Assembly: GCF_000009045.1 (NCBI RefSeq)
Contig: NC_000964.3
Location: 2,490,001-2,522,000 of the forward strand
Origin: Bacillus subtilis subsp. subtilis str. 168
Lineage (GTDB): Bacteria; Bacillota; Bacilli; Bacillales; Bacillaceae
Length of the DNA: 32,000 nt
Direction: 5' to 3'
Shown here: positions 29,103-32,000 of the stretch, in pieces
Numbering within the stretch: position 1 is the stretch's first letter
How the letters are laid out: the number at the start of each line of letters is the position of its first letter
Program-made: the position numbers and the translations under genes
The notes under the pieces: model-generated
The model's database searches: none
Seen by the model: the letters and a program-made list of their open reading frames with translations, nothing else
Told to the model about the DNA's origin: nothing

Positions 29103-30382
29103 CAGCTTGCTTTTTCTTTTCCATAAATATCGATTCCTGCTTCTGACAGCATCCATTCAATATGAACACCGTAGCCGCTTGTCGGGTCATTTACAAATAC
29201 ATGGGTGACAGCACCGATCACTTTTCCATTTTGAATGATCGGGCTTCCGCTCATCCCCTGTACGATGCCTCCTGTTTCTTTCAACAGTCTTGGATCGGTA
29301 ATTTTCAACACCATTCCTTTTGTCGCAGGGAATTTTTGCGGCGTTGTGCTGACGATTTCAATATCGAATTTTTCTACTTTGTCATCATCAATAACCGTTA
29401 AAATTTCAGCCGGCCCTTTTTTGACTTCGGTAGAAAACGCAACCGGCAATGCTTGATCTGATATGTTGTTTTGAATCGGCTGATGCAGTGTGCCGAAAAT
29501 CCCAAACGGGCTGTTTCTGTTAATATCCCCGATCGTTTTGCGTTCTGAGGAAAATCGCGCCAGTTTTTCTCCCGGATTACCGCCTGTCCCTTTTTCAATT
29601 GATGTTACAGTGGATTTAACGATTTCTCCATTCTCCACTACAATTGGTTTCTTTGTGTCCATATCGGAAATCACGTGGCCAAGTGCTCCGTATTTTTTTG
29701 TTTTCGGTTCATAAAAGGTCATAGTGCCGATGCCAGCAGCAGAATCTCTGATATATAACCCGATTCTGTATTTGCCTTCTCCTTCATCCTTTTCTGGGAT
29801 CAGCTTCGTTTTGATTTTCTGTTTATCACGTTTGATCAGTAAGTCTAAAGATTCACCAGTTTTCCCAGCCTTTTGAATAAATGGGGCTACATCATTCATT
29901 TTTTCAATTTTCTGTCCATTCATCTCAATAATGATGTCGCCCGCTTCAATTCCTGCCGTTTCTCCCGGAGATTTTTTGCCTTCACTTGTATTGATTTGAT
30001 GAAATCCGACGACAAGAACACCGACGGAATGAAGTTTTACACCGATTGATTGTCCGCCAGGTATAACTTTTAAATCAGGAAGAACATGCACTTTTGTTTT
30101 TTTAATTGGAAATCCGGCAAGATCATATACCAATTCTGACTCACCTGATTTTTTGCCCGTCACCTTGATTTCATGCGGATCTTTCTTTACTGTAAACGCT
30201 TCTGAGGATTCTGATGTCTGAGCGTTTACCGATAAACTCGTTTCAATCGCTTGTGTTTGGGTTTCAAATACTCTCATTTGCGTTGGAATCAGTAAATATT
30301 CTTTTAGCGGTTTGCATAAACCTACACTTAATAACGAAACAAGGAGAATTAAACCTACTGCTTTTCTGATGTTATCGGGCAT
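29102..30382 (-). CDS. spoIVB: SpoIVB serine peptidase (PDZ domain, S55), sigma-K checkpoint
   Basis: 426 aa; [25 protein letters not shown] region; active-site [20 protein letters not shown]. Confidence 0.97.
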
Positions 30383-30534
30383 TCACTACTTCACTCTCCT
30401 CGCTCCTATCCCACACCTTCTTTATGACTTGCTGCTACATCATTTAATTTTGCCTTCTGACGGCTTATTTATAACTGTCATATGAAGAAAAACATTGGAT
30501 ATACTGATGAACGAATGGATGTGCACGAAAAAAA

Positions 30535-30559
30535 TAAGCTGCGCTTCTCGCGCAGCTTA
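30535..30559 (-). terminator. Terminator downstream of recN
   Basis: TAAGCTGCG-CTTCTCG-CGCAGCTTA followed on the minus strand by TTTTTTTCG; overlaps the recN stop codon region. Confidence 0.85.
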
Positions 30560-32000
30560 CCCAGTTGTTTTGACTTGATCCGCTTGTTTTAAAAGTTCTT
30601 TCGCATGGCGTTTCGTTAAGTCGGTTACTTCGACACCTGCAATCATGCGCCCGATTTCCGCTACCTTTTCCTGCTTAGAGAGCGGCTTGACACGTGTCGT
30701 CGTTCTGCCGTCTTTTAACTCCTTCGCAATATAAAGATGCGTATCGGCCATGGCAGCCACCTGAGGCAGGTGTGTAATGCACAGCACTTGTGATCCTATT
30801 GACACCTTATGGATCTTCTCAGCAATTGCCTGTGCGACCCTGCCGCTTACACCGGTATCAACCTCGTCAAAAATGATCGATGTCACATCCTGTTGTGAGG
30901 AAAAAATGCTTTTTATGGCAAGCATCACCCGTGACAGCTCTCCACCTGAAGCGACTTTCGAAAGGGATTTCAGCGGCTCGCCTGTATTGGTTGAAATTAA
31001 AAACTTCACCAGGTCAATCCCTTGTTCAGTCAGCTGAACGGGCTGGCCGTTTACAAGCGGCGCCTCTTCATTGCGTGACGCTGTTCTGACCTTAAATTCC
31101 GTATCAAAAGTTGATTTTTCCATGTACAGGCTTTTTAATTCCCGATGAATCTCATCAGCCAGCTTTTTCGCCCATGTTTTTCGGATTTGTGACACATTTG
31201 CCGCTTCCACTGCGACATCTTTGCCGACGGAGTCAAGCTCCTTTTTCAAGCTTTGAAGGTGGCTGTCCCTGTTTTCAATTTGGTCAATCTCTTCTTCAAT
31301 TTTAGAAGCATATTCCAAAATGTCTTCAACAGTGGCACCGTATTTTCGTTTCAGCTGTTTGATTTCATTAAGTCGCGTCTCAATATAGTTCAGGCGTTCC
31401 GGATCAAATTCAAGCTCATCCAGCATATTTCTCATCTGAAATGTGGCATCCTCAAGCAAATAGTAGGAGTTCGAAACACTTTCAGACATTTTTTTCAGCG
31501 GTTCGTTTATATCAGATATATCTTCAAGCTGCGCTGATGCCATTCCAACCCAGTCCAATCCGCCCTGCTCACTGCGAAGCGCGTTATATGCATTTTGCAG
31601 CGACTCATATATCTTCTCAAAGTTTGAAATTTGCTGGCGCTCTTCTTGGAGCTGTTCATCTTCGTTAAGCTCAAGCTTTGCCGATTCGATTTCTTCGAGC
31701 TGAAATTGAATAAGATCAAGACGATGGGCCATTTCCTGTTCGCTTTCAGAAAGCTGCTTAAGCTTTTTGAGCAGCTTCACATACCGCTGGTACCCTTCCT
31801 GATACGTTTTGAGCGCGCTTTCCACTTCGGCCCCGGCAAACTTGTCCAAAAGCTGGAGATGATTTTCGTCTTCCATTAACAGCTGGTTATCGTGCTGCCC
31901 GTGAATATCTAATAAAAGCCTGCCGATCTCTCTTAGTGAAGCAATCGTGACAAGCTTGCCATTGACACGGCAAACGCTTTTCCCGCTCGTGCTGATATCC
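30557..32000 (-). CDS. recN: DNA repair protein RecN (C-terminal about 480 aa; 5' end lies outside the window)
   Basis: SKVASGGELSRVMLAIKSIF and TSIIFDEVDTGVSG motifs; the frame stays open from 31876 to the edge (track start is an internal Met). Confidence 0.96.
   Translation of the reverse strand, partial: DISTSGKSVCRVNGKLVTIASLREIGRLLLDIHGQHDNQLLMEDENHLQLLDKFAGAEVESALKTYQEGYQRYVKLLKKLKQLSESEQEMAHRLDLIQFQLEEIESAKLELNEDEQLQEERQQISNFEKIYESLQNAYNALRSEQGGLDWVGMASAQLEDISDINEPLKKMSESVSNSYYLLEDATFQMRNMLDELEFDPERLNYIETRLNEIKQLKRKYGATVEDILEYASKIEEEIDQIENRDSHLQSLKKELDSVGKDVAVEAANVSQIRKTWAKKLADEIHRELKSLYMEKSTFDTEFKVRTASRNEEAPLVNGQPVQLTEQGIDLVKFLISTNTGEPLKSLSKVASGGELSRVMLAIKSIFSSQQDVTSIIFDEVDTGVSGRVAQAIAEKIHKVSIGSQVLCITHLPQVAAMADTHLYIAKELKDGRTTTRVKPLSKQEKVAEIGRMIAGVEVTDLTKRHAKELLKQADQVKTTG

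Noticed and set aside
30455-30590. Short plus-strand ORF beginning MKKNIGYTDERMDVHEKNKLRF
   Set aside because: No Shine-Dalgarno, and it runs through the recN terminator and into the antisense of the recN 3' end.
1-32000. Search for CRISPR arrays, transposases, prophage genes, tRNA/rRNA genes, toxin-antitoxin pairs or defence genes
   Set aside because: No repeat-spacer periodicity, integrase/transposase motifs or tRNA-like clusters noticed. The gene content is continuous core metabolism, transport and sporulation; no previously undescribed multi-gene system could be supported.

Overview
This window matches the Bacillus subtilis-group chromosome, from yqjA (partial) through artPQM, brxB, bmrU-bmr-bmrR, the ptb-bcd-buk-lpdV-bkdAA-bkdAB-bkdB branched-chain acid operon with its regulator bkdR, yqzF, the mmgABCDE-yqiQ cluster, yqiK, yqiI, yqiH, yqiG, spo0A, spoIVB and recN (partial). 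Gene identities come from recognising the translated proteins, not from a database search. The region is dense, ordinary core genome. I found no mobile element, CRISPR array, defence island or clearly new multi-gene system. The most checkable signals are mostly intergenic: (1) a 14-bp motif, TGCAAATTATTGCA, occurring both upstream of the sigma-54-type ptb promoter and in the bkdR promoter region, a candidate BkdR operator; (2) a 37-aa ORF with a strong Shine-Dalgarno, convergent to yqiG and absent from the ORF track; (3) a 44-aa signal-peptide-like ORF upstream of yqiG, also absent from the track; (4) a wobble-rich, strand-asymmetric hairpin that looks like the spo0A terminator; (5) an internal hairpin between artP and artQ; and (6) ARG-box-like, cre, 0A-box and BmrR/MerR-type promoter elements.
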